Of a DNA stretch of 64,000 nt, positions 35,667-45,247 are shown piece after piece; the first letter of the stretch is position 1, and each line of letters opens with the position of its first letter. A program made the position numbers and the translations under genes. The DNA lies in contig JBOGKM010000098.1 of the NCBI GenBank assembly GCA_050747745.1, positions 76,297-140,296 on the forward strand, given 5' to 3'. The notes beneath the pieces are model-generated. The model saw only the letters and a program-made list of their open reading frames with translations. It was not told the DNA's origin and did no database searches. This DNA comes from Terriglobales bacterium. Lineage in GTDB: Bacteria; Acidobacteriota; Terriglobia; Terriglobales; SCQP01.

Positions 35667-36895
35667 ACCTGCCAGGCACGGGCAGCCCGAAGCATGCCTT
35701 CAGCGCCGCCTTTCTGGGCTGGATGATGGACGCGTTCGACTTTTTCGTGGTGGTGTTCCTGGTGGGCACGCTGGCGCGCCAGTTTTCCGTGCCCAAGTCG
35801 GCCATCGTGTGGTCCATCACGGCAACGCTGGCCATGCGCCCGGTGGGGGCGCTGTTGTTCGGGTTAATGGCGGACCGCTATGGGCGGCGCGTGCCGCTGA
35901 TGGCGAACGTGATCTATTTCGCCGCGATCGAAATCGCCTGCGGCTTTGCTCCCAACTTCACCGTGTTTTTGATCCTGCGGGCGCTGTTCGGCATTGGCAT
36001 GGGCGGGGAGTGGGGCGTGGGCGCGGCGCTGGCGATGGAAGCCGCACCGCGGCAGCGGCGCGGGCTCTGGAGCGGACTGCTGCAGTCCGGGTATCCAGTA
36101 GGCTACCTGGTGGCGGCGCTGGGGGCGCGCTTTATTCTGCCTACGCTGGGGTGGCGGGCGATGTTCTGGGCGGGCGGCATTCCCGCGCTGCTGGCGCTGT
36201 ACGTGCGCGCCAAGGTGCCCGAGTCGGCGGCCTGGGAGCGTCAGCGCGCCACCTCGATCAAGGCAATTTTTAAAACGCTGTCCGCTAACGGGCGCCAGAT
36301 CGCCTATCTCATCCTGTTGATGGCGCTGATGAATTTCCTCTCCCACGGCACCCAGGATCTATACCCGGATTTTTTAAGCTCAGTGCATCACCTCAGCCCC
36401 GCCACCGTCGCCTGGATCGCGGTGCTCTACAACGTCGGCGCCGTGGTGGGAGCTTTCGTGTTTGGCTCGTTTTCCGAGTCCTGGGGACGGCGGCGCAGCA
36501 TGCTGGCGGCCTTGCTGCTGTCGCTGGTGGTGATTCCCTTCTGGGCGTTTGGCGCGGGCGTAGGGCTGCTGGCCGCGGCGGCGTTTTTGATGCAGGCGGG
36601 CGTGCAGGGCGCCTGGGGCATCATTCCGGTGCATCTGAACGAGCTGGCGCCGGAAACGGCGCGCGGCCTGCTGCCCGGCTTCAGCTACCAGATCGGTATT
36701 CTCATCGCCGCCCCCACCAGCAACATCGAATACGCGTTGCGCGACCATTTCGGATATCCCAAAGCCATGGGCGGCTTCGAAGTCTGCATTTTGATCGCGG
36801 TGGCGCTGGTGGTGGCTTTGGGCCCAGAGCGGCTGGGCCGCGACTTCATGGCGGGCAGCGCCGCTACACCCCGCGCGGCGTCCAGCGCGCCATGA
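35663..36895 (+). CDS. MFS transporter
   Basis: 12-TM pattern with GLMADRYGRR (MFS loop 2-3 signature). ATGA overlap with the dnaB stop. Confidence 0.85.
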   Translation: MNLPGTGSPKHAFSAAFLGWMMDAFDFFVVVFLVGTLARQFSVPKSAIVWSITATLAMRPVGALLFGLMADRYGRRVPLMANVIYFAAIEIACGFAPNFTVFLILRALFGIGMGGEWGVGAALAMEAAPRQRRGLWSGLLQSGYPVGYLVAALGARFILPTLGWRAMFWAGGIPALLALYVRAKVPESAAWERQRATSIKAIFKTLSANGRQIAYLILLMALMNFLSHGTQDLYPDFLSSVHHLSPATVAWIAVLYNVGAVVGAFVFGSFSESWGRRRSMLAALLLSLVVIPFWAFGAGVGLLAAAAFLMQAGVQGAWGIIPVHLNELAPETARGLLPGFSYQIGILIAAPTSNIEYALRDHFGYPKAMGGFEVCILIAVALVVALGPERLGRDFMAGSAATPRAASSAP

Positions 36896-37802
36896 GGAAA
36901 AAGGCCGCCGCCACCACGATCACAATGGCCCACCCCACCACCATCCAGCGCCGCGTCTGCTCCTCCGTCAGCGGCGGGTCATCGCCTACGATCATGCCCA
37001 GCACGAAGCCGCTGGCAAGTCCGCCGATGTGGGCGGCGTTGTCCACGTGCGGGATCAGAAACGCCAACACCAGCGCATAGATGGCCCAGCGCACCGCCAC
37101 GCTGCGCAACTGCCGTCCCTGGGCGGTGTGGCTGCGGCGCACACCGTAGGCGATCATCACGCCCAAAACGCCGAAGATGGCGCCGGAAGCGCCCAGACTT
37201 ACAAATGCGAACATGCTCGAAATCAGGTAGCCGAAGATGCCGGTCACTATGTAGAAGAACAGGAACTTAGAGCCGCCGTAAAACGATTCCACAATTTGGC
37301 CAATGTCGTACAGCGCCCACATGTTGAAGCCGATATGGATGACCCCCTCGTGCAGAAAGCAGGCGGTGATCCAGCGCCAGTACTGGCCCTGGAGAGGGCC
37401 GGGCAGCACCAGAAAGCGCAGCGGCACGCTTTCGCCCAGCCGCATCGTGGCCGCGCTGCTGGGGCTGGCCATGAGGTTGGTGAGCAGCGAGGTGCCACTG
37501 AGGGAGTATTCCAGGATGAACAGGATGAAGTTGACGAGGATGAGAATGCCGGTGACCGGAACCGTTCCCGGCATGGCACGCTTCATCAGCTTACCCGCCG
37601 GACCGGTGCCGAACACCTTCAGGCGCTGGCCACAATAGGGGCAGGTGGCCTTGCCGCGGGGCACGAAGGCGCGGCAGGAGGGGCACATTTTATTGGCCGC
37701 GGTGACTGCCTGCTCAGTTTGGTGCAGGCCGGCCCGCCAGCTCTGCCAGCGGTTACGGAGCCGGTTCAGCTTGAACTGCCACTTGGGCGAGAGAAACGAC
37801 AT
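36864..37802 (-). CDS. Rhomboid-family intramembrane serine protease with an N-terminal zinc ribbon
   Basis: CPSCRAFVPRGKATCPYCG, then HEGVIHIGFNMW and the catalytic GASGAIFGVLG...H pattern. I chose the start at MSFLSPKWQF. Confidence 0.85.
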   Translation of the reverse strand: MSFLSPKWQFKLNRLRNRWQSWRAGLHQTEQAVTAANKMCPSCRAFVPRGKATCPYCGQRLKVFGTGPAGKLMKRAMPGTVPVTGILILVNFILFILEYSLSGTSLLTNLMASPSSAATMRLGESVPLRFLVLPGPLQGQYWRWITACFLHEGVIHIGFNMWALYDIGQIVESFYGGSKFLFFYIVTGIFGYLISSMFAFVSLGASGAIFGVLGVMIAYGVRRSHTAQGRQLRSVAVRWAIYALVLAFLIPHVDNAAHIGGLASGFVLGMIVGDDPPLTEEQTRRWMVVGWAIVIVVAAAFFLMARWTPRGV

Positions 37803-37817
37803 CGGACGCGGACACAA

Positions 37818-38381
37818 TCAGGCAGCGGCGCGTTCGATGCGCACCTGCCGTATCACCACCGGCGTTTTGGGGCAGTCGCGGCCGTCGCGCGCTACGGCAG
37901 CAATTTTTTCCACCACGTCATAGCCCTCCACCACCTGCCCGAACACGCTGTGCTTGCCGTCCAGCCAGGGCGTGGCGGCGACGGTGATGAAAAATTGCGA
38001 ACCGTTGGTGCCCGGTCCGGCGTTGGCCATGGAGAGCATTCCCGGCTGCGCATGTTGGAGACGGGGATGGAATTCATCGGCGAACTTGTAACCCGGGCCG
38101 CCCGTGCCCGTGCCCAGCGGACAGCCGCCCTGGATCATGAAGCCGGGAATCACGCGGTGGAAAGGAAGACCGTCGTAGAACGGGCGTTTGGTGGGGGCGC
38201 CGGTTTTAGGATCGGTAAACTCCTTGCTGCCCTCGGCCAGGCCGGTAAAGTTAGCTACGGTTTGAGGCGCCTCCTGCTCGAATAGGCGGACAACGAAGCC
38301 GCCCATCGAAGTTGCGAAGTTAGCGTAAAGACCGGGTTCGGCGGGCGTAGACATGGGCGTGCGGCGGTCCTTTCGGAGCAC
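37818..38381 (-). CDS. Peptidyl-prolyl cis-trans isomerase (cyclophilin type)
   Basis: [33 protein letters not shown] and [12 protein letters not shown]. Start is GTG at 38381; the alternative is ATG at 38354. Confidence 0.9.
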   Translation of the reverse strand: MLRKDRRTPMSTPAEPGLYANFATSMGGFVVRLFEQEAPQTVANFTGLAEGSKEFTDPKTGAPTKRPFYDGLPFHRVIPGFMIQGGCPLGTGTGGPGYKFADEFHPRLQHAQPGMLSMANAGPGTNGSQFFITVAATPWLDGKHSVFGQVVEGYDVVEKIAAVARDGRDCPKTPVVIRQVRIERAAA

Positions 38382-38386
38382 TGAGT

Positions 38387-38401
38387 GATAGTCTAACTAT
38401 C
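38387..38401. repeat. AT-rich palindrome GATAGT-cta-ACTATC between the divergent ppiase and trxB genes
   Basis: Read from the sequence. It contains TAGACT on the minus strand. Confidence 0.5.
38390..38395 (-). promoter_or_regulatory. -10-like hexamer TAGACT, 8 nt upstream of the ppiase GTG
   Basis: Read from the sequence. Confidence 0.25.
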
Positions 38402-38411
38402 TGAGCACACT

Positions 38412-39353
38412 ATGGCGGCGACACGCAACGTGGTGATTCTGGGATCGGGCTGTGCGGGCCTGACCGCGGCGATTTATTGCGCGCGGGCGGGACTGGAGCC
38501 GCTGGTGATCGAGGGCCACGAAGCCGGCGGGCAGCTCAGCCTGACGACGCTGGTGGAAAATTTCCCCGGCTTTCCCGAAGGCATTCAGGGACCGCAGTTG
38601 ATCGAAAACATGCGCGCGCAAGCGACAGCGTTTGGCGCCGAGTTCGCCTCCGGCGATGTCACCGGCTCCGAGCTACACGGGTATCCGTTCGGGCTCACGC
38701 TGGACGAGCAGAGCGAGCCGTTGCGCACCCGGGCGCTGATCATCGCCAGCGGCGCGCGCGCGCGCTGGCTGGGCCTGGAAAGCGAGCAGGCGCTGATCGG
38801 GCACGGGGTATCGAGCTGCGCGACCTGCGATGGGTTCTTTTTCCGCGGCAAAGATATTGTGGTGGTCGGCGGCGGGGATTCCGCCATGGAAGAAGCGCTG
38901 TTTCTGACCCGCTTTGGCCGCACGGTTACGATCGTGCACCGCCGCGACCAGTTTCGCGCCTCGAAGATCATGCTCGAGCGAGCGCAGCAGCATGAAAAAA
39001 TCCGCTGGGTTCCCAACGCCCGGATCGCCGAAGTGTTGGACGTGTCCAAGAATGAAGTGACCGCTGTCCGGCTGGAATCAACCAACGGCAGCCGCAGGAG
39101 CTGGGAGCTGCCGACGTCGGCGGTGTTTCTGGGCATCGGCCACGAGCCCAACACGCAGTCGTTCGTGGGCCAGCTGGCGCTCGACGCGGACGGCTACCTC
39201 GTGACCCGTGACCACGTGCTGACTGCGGTGGAAGGCGTCTACGCCTGCGGCGACGTGCAGGACCGCCGCTACCGCCAGGCTGTCACCGCCGCCGGCAGCG
39301 GCTGCATGGCGGCCATGGAAGCGGAAAAATTCCTCGCCGAACACCACGGCTGA
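38412..39353 (+). CDS. trxB: Thioredoxin-disulfide reductase
   Basis: ILGSGCAGLTAAIY, redox-active CATCDG, GGGDSAMEEA, and FACGDV-type (YACGDVQD). Confidence 0.93.
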   Translation: MAATRNVVILGSGCAGLTAAIYCARAGLEPLVIEGHEAGGQLSLTTLVENFPGFPEGIQGPQLIENMRAQATAFGAEFASGDVTGSELHGYPFGLTLDEQSEPLRTRALIIASGARARWLGLESEQALIGHGVSSCATCDGFFFRGKDIVVVGGGDSAMEEALFLTRFGRTVTIVHRRDQFRASKIMLERAQQHEKIRWVPNARIAEVLDVSKNEVTAVRLESTNGSRRSWELPTSAVFLGIGHEPNTQSFVGQLALDADGYLVTRDHVLTAVEGVYACGDVQDRRYRQAVTAAGSGCMAAMEAEKFLAEHHG

Positions 39354-39364
39354 GGCAGCGCACT

Positions 39365-40105
39365 TTACCTGATCCGCGCATGGGCCAGCAGCAGTTGGCC
39401 ATGGCGCTGGCTGCGGGCGGGCTGGCGCTCAAGGCGATGGTCGAGATGGCGGCCGAGAGGGCCGAGCAGCGGCCAAAGGCGGTAGGTGCGCGGCAGCCGG
39501 TGGATGAGGCCGCACAGCTCGAGCAGCTCGAAATCTTCGAGCTCGGCGCGCAACTCGTCCGGCTCGTAGCAGTGATAAAAGATGCCGCTGGCGTGGGTGC
39601 CTTGGCTGGGCTGGCCGCGGCGCTGCCAGGCCAGGCTGAAGTTGTAGACGGTGAGCAGCAGACGTCCGCCGGGGCGCAGCAGACGGGCGAAGCTGGCCAA
39701 AAGTTTTCGCCGCTCTACAGCCTGAGGGATGTGCTCGAGCACCTGCGTGCAGACCACTGCGTCCCACGAGCGCGTCCGCAGCGGCAAGCGGGTGAGGTCG
39801 GCCTGGCAAAGCTGCGGAGCCGCGGAGGAAGGCGCATGCCGGCGCAGGTATTGCAGACGGCGCAGCGCAAAGTCCAACGAGGTCACGTGCGCACCGGAGC
39901 GCAGCGCGGTGAGGCTGAGGCGCCCGATGCCGCATCCGGCGTCGAGCACTTTCAGGCCCGGACGCGGATGCAGTCGCGCCATTACCGCCTCCGCTTCGAC
40001 CTGCCACTCGTACCGCATCCGCCGCGTGGCGGGGTAGCTGAGCACCTGTTCGCGGCACATGCGCTCGTGGCGCTGCAACTGTTCCGAGATTGCGTTCAGC
40101 GGCAT
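39365..40105 (-). CDS. Class I SAM-dependent methyltransferase
   Basis: VLDAGCGIGRLS (motif I) and LRPGGRLLLTV. The start is uncertain (see the GCATGC overlap with the next gene). Confidence 0.75.
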   Translation of the reverse strand: MPLNAISEQLQRHERMCREQVLSYPATRRMRYEWQVEAEAVMARLHPRPGLKVLDAGCGIGRLSLTALRSGAHVTSLDFALRRLQYLRRHAPSSAAPQLCQADLTRLPLRTRSWDAVVCTQVLEHIPQAVERRKLLASFARLLRPGGRLLLTVYNFSLAWQRRGQPSQGTHASGIFYHCYEPDELRAELEDFELLELCGLIHRLPRTYRLWPLLGPLGRHLDHRLERQPARSQRHGQLLLAHARIR

Positions 40106-41213
40106 GCTCTATTCGGATGCCGCGATGGGTGCGTGGGATGATAGCCACGTGGACTATCGTCGTCGGCAAGCAGCAGCACTGGAAAGGGCGAAACGTGGTG
40201 GTGTGGACGCTCTGCTGCTTTCGCACCTGCCCAACATCCGCTATTTGACCGGTTTCAGCGGCTCCAACGCCTTGCTGCTGCTGGAAGAGCGCGGGGCGGT
40301 GCTGTTCACTGACGGCCGCTACCGCGAGCAGGCACGCCAGCAGGCCCAAAGCGCCAGCATTGTTGTGCCGCGGCAGGGTGATTTGTGGAACGCGGCTGCG
40401 AAACGTGCCGCGCGGATGCGGCGCATCGGCCTGGAGTTGGATCACGTAACGTTGGCCCAGCGGGCGCATTGGCCGGGATCGGCCAAGGGAATCAAATCCG
40501 CCGGCGGATGGATCGAGCAGTTGCGCAGCATAAAGGATGAGGAGGAGATTGACGCGATTGAGCGTGCAGTACGACTGGCTTCGTCGGTGTTTGCGCCCAC
40601 GCTGCGGCGCCTGCGGGCGGGCATGGCGGAGACCGAAGCCGCGGGCTGGCTGGAACTGGGACTGCGGCGCGCGGGCGGGGAAGGCGTGGCGTTCGATACG
40701 ATTCTGGCAGGCGGAGCGCGCTCGGCACTGGTACATGCCCAACCCAGCGCCGCGCCCCTGCCGCGGCGCGGATGGGTGGTGATGGACTACGGCGTGGTGT
40801 TGGACGGCTATCACAGCGACATGACCCGCACGGTACATATGGGCGCGGCTTCGAGGCAGGCGCGGCAAGTCTACGCCGCCGTGGCCGCGGCGCAGGCGGC
40901 GGCGATCGCCGCGGTGCGCGCGGGCGTGCCCTGCGCCGTTGTGGATGGGGCGGCGCGCCAGGTGCTGCGCCGTGCCGGCTACGGGCGTTATTTTCCGCAT
41001 TCCACGGGGCACGGCCTGGGGTTGGAAATTCATGAAGCGCCGCGGCTGGCGGCCACCTCGACCGAGCGCCTGCGGGAAAACCAGGTGATTACCATCGAGC
41101 CGGGTGTGTATATTCCAGATTGGGGAGGGGTACGCATCGAAGATGTGGTGCGGGTGAGGGCGCAGGGCTGCGAAATTCTCACGCCCACCCCGAAAGACCT
41201 GATTGTTCTTTAA
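40104..41213 (+). CDS. M24-family Xaa-Pro aminopeptidase
   Basis: Creatinase-like N-domain (DALLLSHLPNIRYLTGFSGS). Metal ligands in VMDYGVVLDGYHSDMTRT, HSTGHGLGLEIHE and TIEPGVY...GVRIED. An alternative start at 40125 (MGAWDD) is possible. Confidence 0.85.
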   Translation: MLYSDAAMGAWDDSHVDYRRRQAAALERAKRGGVDALLLSHLPNIRYLTGFSGSNALLLLEERGAVLFTDGRYREQARQQAQSASIVVPRQGDLWNAAAKRAARMRRIGLELDHVTLAQRAHWPGSAKGIKSAGGWIEQLRSIKDEEEIDAIERAVRLASSVFAPTLRRLRAGMAETEAAGWLELGLRRAGGEGVAFDTILAGGARSALVHAQPSAAPLPRRGWVVMDYGVVLDGYHSDMTRTVHMGAASRQARQVYAAVAAAQAAAIAAVRAGVPCAVVDGAARQVLRRAGYGRYFPHSTGHGLGLEIHEAPRLAATSTERLRENQVITIEPGVYIPDWGGVRIEDVVRVRAQGCEILTPTPKDLIVL

Positions 41214-41247
41214 AATAGAAAGCTCAATGCCTCCGAAGAGATCATCC

Positions 41248-41673
41248 ATGGACCTTGACGCCATCCGCAAACTGATTGACACGCTGATTGAAAAACAGGT
41301 GGACGAGTTCGAATGGGAAGAGCAGGGACAGCGGCTGCGAATCCGCCGCGGCGTGCCGGCGGCGCCTGCGGCCGCACCCGCCGCCGCCGCCGCACCCACG
41401 GCCGCCGCCGCCGCCACGGCCGAAGAGGGTCTGGTGACGGTGACCTCGCCCATCGTGGGCACCTACTACGAATCCTCCGCGCCGGGCTCGGCCGAATTCG
41501 TGCATGCAGGCGACACGGTCGAACCGGGCAAGGTGCTGTGCATCATCGAAGCCATGAAGCTGATGAACGAGATCGAGGCCGAAGTGGCGGGCACGGTAGT
41601 GCGCAAGCTGGTGACCAACGGGCAGCCGGTCGAGTTTGGCCAGCCCTTGCTGCTGCTGCGCCCGCGCGGTTGA
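41248..41673 (+). CDS. accB: Acetyl-CoA carboxylase biotin carboxyl carrier protein
   Basis: [16 protein letters not shown]..., an Ala/Pro linker, and the biotinylation motif [11 protein letters not shown]. Earlier in-frame starts at 41227 and 41203 are possible. Confidence 0.88.
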   Translation: MDLDAIRKLIDTLIEKQVDEFEWEEQGQRLRIRRGVPAAPAAAPAAAAAPTAAAAATAEEGLVTVTSPIVGTYYESSAPGSAEFVHAGDTVEPGKVLCIIEAMKLMNEIEAEVAGTVVRKLVTNGQPVEFGQPLLLLRPRG

Positions 41674-41677
41674 GACT

Positions 41678-43063
41678 ATGTTCAAAAAGATTCTGATCGC
41701 CAACCGCGGCGAGATTGCGCTGAGGGTGATTTGCGCCTGCAAGGAAATGGGCATTCCGACGGTGGCCATCTACTCGGAGGCCGACCGGCATGCGCTGCAC
41801 GTGCGTTTTGCCGACCAAGCCATCTGCGTCGGTCCCCCGCGGCCGCGACAAAGCTACCTGAACGTGCCGGCGGTGATCAGCGCCGCCGAAATCACCAACG
41901 CCGACGCGATCCACCCCGGCTACGGGTTTTTGTCGGAGAACGCCAACTTCGCCGAGGTGTGCGAAACCAGCCATATCAAGTTCATCGGGCCGCGTCCGGA
42001 AGTGATCCGGCTGATGGGGGAAAAGGAGCGGGCGCGCGCCGCGGCGAAAAAAGCCGGGCTGCCGGTGCTGCCCGGATCCGATGGCGTGCTGCCCCATGAA
42101 GCCGAGGCGCTGCGCGTGGCCGCCGGGGTCGGCTATCCGGTGATGATCAAGGCGTCGGCGGGCGGGGGCGGACGGGGCATGCGCGTGGTGACGAGCGCGG
42201 AAGAAATGCCGGGGCTGTTTTCCGCCGCGCAGACGGAAGCCGCCAACGCCTTCGGGTGCGGCGACCTGTATCTGGAAAAGCTCGTGGTCGAGCCGCGCCA
42301 CATCGAGTTTCAGATCCTGGGGGACGAACACGGCAGGGTCATCCATCTCAGCGAGCGGGAATGCAGCATTCAGCGGCGGCATCAGAAGCTGGTGGAGGAA
42401 TCGCCGGGCACACCGGTGAGCGCGGAGCTGCGCGCGCGCATGGGCAAGATCGTGACCGAGGCCATGCGCGCCATCGGCTATACCAATGCGGGCACGATCG
42501 AGTTTCTGATGGACCCAAGCGGCGCACTCTACTTCATTGAGATGAACACGCGGCTGCAGGTCGAGCACGCGGTGACGGAAATGGTGACCGGGGTGGATTT
42601 GGTGAAGGCGCAAATCCGGGTGGCGGCGGGAGAAAAACTGGACGCGATCCTGCAGGTACCATCCGGCCAGACCGGCCTGCTGCCGCGCGGGCATGCCATC
42701 GAGTGCCGGATCAACGCGGAGAACCCGGTAAACTTCACCCCGTCGGCAGGCAAGATCACCGCCCTCAACCTGCCCGGCGGCATCGGCATCCGGGTGGATT
42801 CGGCCGTGTACGCGGAGGGCACGGTGCCGCCCTACTACGACTCGCTGATCGCTAAGCTGGTGGCCTTCGGCAGCGACCGCGCCGAGGCCATCGCGCGCAT
42901 GCGGCGCGCGCTCGAGATGTTTGTGGTCGAAGGCATCGAGACTTCGATTCCACTGCACCGGCAAATCCTGGCAGAAGCGGATTTCCGGGCGGGGCGGCTG
43001 TCCACGGCGTTTATGGATCGTTTCCTGCCGGCCAAGGCGGCGCGGCAGCCGGCGGGCCGCTAG
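41678..43063 (+). CDS. accC: Acetyl-CoA carboxylase biotin carboxylase subunit
   Basis: [46 protein letters not shown]. Confidence 0.95.
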   Translation: MFKKILIANRGEIALRVICACKEMGIPTVAIYSEADRHALHVRFADQAICVGPPRPRQSYLNVPAVISAAEITNADAIHPGYGFLSENANFAEVCETSHIKFIGPRPEVIRLMGEKERARAAAKKAGLPVLPGSDGVLPHEAEALRVAAGVGYPVMIKASAGGGGRGMRVVTSAEEMPGLFSAAQTEAANAFGCGDLYLEKLVVEPRHIEFQILGDEHGRVIHLSERECSIQRRHQKLVEESPGTPVSAELRARMGKIVTEAMRAIGYTNAGTIEFLMDPSGALYFIEMNTRLQVEHAVTEMVTGVDLVKAQIRVAAGEKLDAILQVPSGQTGLLPRGHAIECRINAENPVNFTPSAGKITALNLPGGIGIRVDSAVYAEGTVPPYYDSLIAKLVAFGSDRAEAIARMRRALEMFVVEGIETSIPLHRQILAEADFRAGRLSTAFMDRFLPAKAARQPAGR

Positions 43064-43075
43064 CAGCCGGACGCC

Positions 43076-43684
43076 ATGGGGCCGCTGTATCCGATTCTGG
43101 ACGTGGAGGCGGCGGCCGCTCACGGACACGATCTGTTGGCCTGTGCGCGCGGCTTCGCCTCCCTCGGTCTCGGCACGCAGCAACTGCGCGCCAAGCAGCT
43201 TGCCAGCCGCGATTTTCTGCGACTGGCGGAGGCGCTGGCCGCCATCGTGCCGGCGCTGATCATCAACGATCGCGCCGACATCGCATGGCTGAGCGGCGCC
43301 GGCGGCGTGCACGCCGGCCAAACCGATCTGCCCGCAGCGGCAGTGCGCGAGCTGCTGCCGCAGGGCATCGTTGGCGTTTCCACCCACACGCTGGAGCAGG
43401 CGCGGAAGGCGCTGGAACAGCCGATCGATTATCTGGCCGCAGGGCCGGTGTATGCGACCCGCAGCAAGAAAGAGCCCGATGCCGTGGTGGGGGTTGAATT
43501 TTTGCGCACGGTGCGGCCGCTGACTTCCCTGCCGCTGGTGGCGATCGGGGGCATTCAAGTGAGCAATTGCAGAGCGGTGTGGGCAGCGGGCGCAAATGCG
43601 GTGGCGGTCATTTCCGGGCTGTGGGCGAGCGCGGATCCGGTCAGCGCTGCGAGCCAATTCCTGCTTGCGTTTGAACGGGTTTGA
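43076..43684 (+). CDS. thiE: Thiamine-phosphate synthase
   Basis: LYPILD...LQLRAK...INDRADIA...GVHAGQTDL...GVSTH...DYLAAGPVYATRSK...LVAIGGI. Confidence 0.88.
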   Translation: MGPLYPILDVEAAAAHGHDLLACARGFASLGLGTQQLRAKQLASRDFLRLAEALAAIVPALIINDRADIAWLSGAGGVHAGQTDLPAAAVRELLPQGIVGVSTHTLEQARKALEQPIDYLAAGPVYATRSKKEPDAVVGVEFLRTVRPLTSLPLVAIGGIQVSNCRAVWAAGANAVAVISGLWASADPVSAASQFLLAFERV

Positions 43685-43727
43685 TGCCATAGTCCGCCAA
43701 GAACGTCCCTTCCAGGCTCCCAGGTTC

Positions 43728-45236
43728 ATGGCCACAGACAGCGCCTCTCCCCGCACCGCGGGCAAACCCAGCCCGGGCACGGCCAAAGCCCTCGGCCTGA
43801 CCAGCGCCACCACGCTGGTGATGGGCATCATGATCGGCTCGGGCATCTTCGTGGTGTCGCCCGAGATCGCCCGCGAAGTCGGCTCGCCCGGCCTGCTGAT
43901 GCTGGTGTGGGTGGTGACCGGGGTGATGACGCTGATGGGCGCGCTCTGCTACGGCGAGCTGGCGGCGGCGATGCCGCAGGCGGGCGGGCAGTATGTGTAC
44001 TTGCGGGAAGCGCTGGGGCCGCTGTGGGCGTTTCTGTTCGGCTGGACGCTGTTCATCGTCATCCAGACGGGCACGATTGCGGCGGTGTGCGTGGCGTTCG
44101 CCAAGTATCTGGGCGTGCTCTACCCGCACTCGGTTTCGGAGAGCACGTGGCTGTTTCATTGGGGCCATCTCGGGCCGGTGCAGTTGGGCGTGAACACGGA
44201 AGAGCTGGTGGCCATCGCGGTGATCCTGTTTCTCACCTGGCTGAACACGCGCGGAGTGCGCTCCGGGGCGCTGGTGCAGAACGTGTTCACGTTCGCGAAA
44301 ATCGCCGCCTTGGTCGGGCTGATCCTGGTGGGGCTGGCGATCGCCCGCAACGCCGGCGCGATCGCGGCCAACTTCAGCCATTTCTGGCACCAGTTTTTCA
44401 GCGGATTCTGGGGACACGGCCTTTACAACCTGAGCGGAGCGGCGAACGGCAAGATGGTTTCGACGGCGACCATCGTGGCGGTGTTCGCGGCGCTGGTCGG
44501 ATCGCTGTTTTCCTCCGACGCATGGAACAATGTGACCTACACCGCCGGGGAAATCCGCAATCCGCGGCGCAACCTGCCGCTGTCGCTGGCCATCGGCACG
44601 ATTGCGGTGACGGCGCTGTACCTGCTGGCCAACCTGGCGTATTTGAGCGTGCTGCAGTTTCCCGGCATTGCGCACGCGCCCGAGGACCGAGTGGCCTCGG
44701 CGATGCTGGGCGCCGCCTACGGGCCCCTGGGGGCGGTGCTGATCGCGGTGGCGATTCTGATTTCGACGTTTGGCTGCACCAACGGGCTGATCCTGGCGGG
44801 ACCGCGGGTATTTCAGGCGATGGCCAAGGACGGGCTGTTTTTCAAAAAAGCGGCGCAACTGAACCGCCTCCAGGTGCCGGCGACCGCGCTCTGGATCCAA
44901 GGCATCTGGGCCTGCATTTTGTGCCTGTCGGGCACCTACACCGACCTGCTCAACTACGTCATGTTCACCGAGTTCATTTTTTACATTCTGACCATCAGCA
45001 GCCTGTTTGTGCTGCGCCGCAAGCGTCCGGAGCTGGAGCGGCCGTACAAGGTAGTAGCCTATCCCTGGCTGCCGGCCGTCTATATTGCCTTGGCGGTGTT
45101 TTTCGATGCGGTGGTGCTGTGGGTGTTCCCGCAGTATTCGAGTTCGGGGCTGGTGCTGGTGCTCATCGGCGTGCCCGTGTATTTCCTCTGGGGGCGTCCG
45201 GGCAAGCCCAAACCGGCTGCGGCTGAGCTAAGCTAG
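43728..45236 (+). CDS. APC-superfamily amino acid permease (LAT/SteT-like)
   Basis: The real start is MATDSASPRT. Contains VMGIMIGSGIFV and 12 TM segments. The upstream 44 codons of the track ORF overlap thiE. Confidence 0.85.
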   Translation: MATDSASPRTAGKPSPGTAKALGLTSATTLVMGIMIGSGIFVVSPEIAREVGSPGLLMLVWVVTGVMTLMGALCYGELAAAMPQAGGQYVYLREALGPLWAFLFGWTLFIVIQTGTIAAVCVAFAKYLGVLYPHSVSESTWLFHWGHLGPVQLGVNTEELVAIAVILFLTWLNTRGVRSGALVQNVFTFAKIAALVGLILVGLAIARNAGAIAANFSHFWHQFFSGFWGHGLYNLSGAANGKMVSTATIVAVFAALVGSLFSSDAWNNVTYTAGEIRNPRRNLPLSLAIGTIAVTALYLLANLAYLSVLQFPGIAHAPEDRVASAMLGAAYGPLGAVLIAVAILISTFGCTNGLILAGPRVFQAMAKDGLFFKKAAQLNRLQVPATALWIQGIWACILCLSGTYTDLLNYVMFTEFIFYILTISSLFVLRRKRPELERPYKVVAYPWLPAVYIALAVFFDAVVLWVFPQYSSSGLVLVLIGVPVYFLWGRPGKPKPAAAELS

Positions 45237-45247
45237 GAAACAAGTTT

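Noticed and set aside
40103-40106. GCATGC palindrome giving overlapping divergent start codons for the methyltransferase (40105) and the M24 peptidase (40104)
   Set aside because: This is probably an artefact of taking the first in-frame ATG on each strand. Both genes have plausible downstream alternative starts (e.g. ATG at 40125 for the peptidase), and I found no promoter-like elements that would support a true 5'-5' overlap.
39429-41462. 677-aa minus-strand ORF
   Set aside because: It is antisense to the M24 peptidase and accB and runs through the methyltransferase in a different frame. No motifs, and extreme Arg/Ala/Pro content. It is a shadow frame.
43064-43075. Expectation of a TPP riboswitch upstream of thiE
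   Set aside because: Only 12 nt separate the accC stop from the thiE start, which leaves no room for an aptamer. thiE appears to be co-transcribed with accBC.
41543-43846. 767-aa minus-strand ORF spanning accC and thiE
   Set aside because: It is antisense to two genes with unambiguous motifs (biotin carboxylase, ThiE). Its composition is Arg/Pro/Gly/His-rich. It is a shadow frame.
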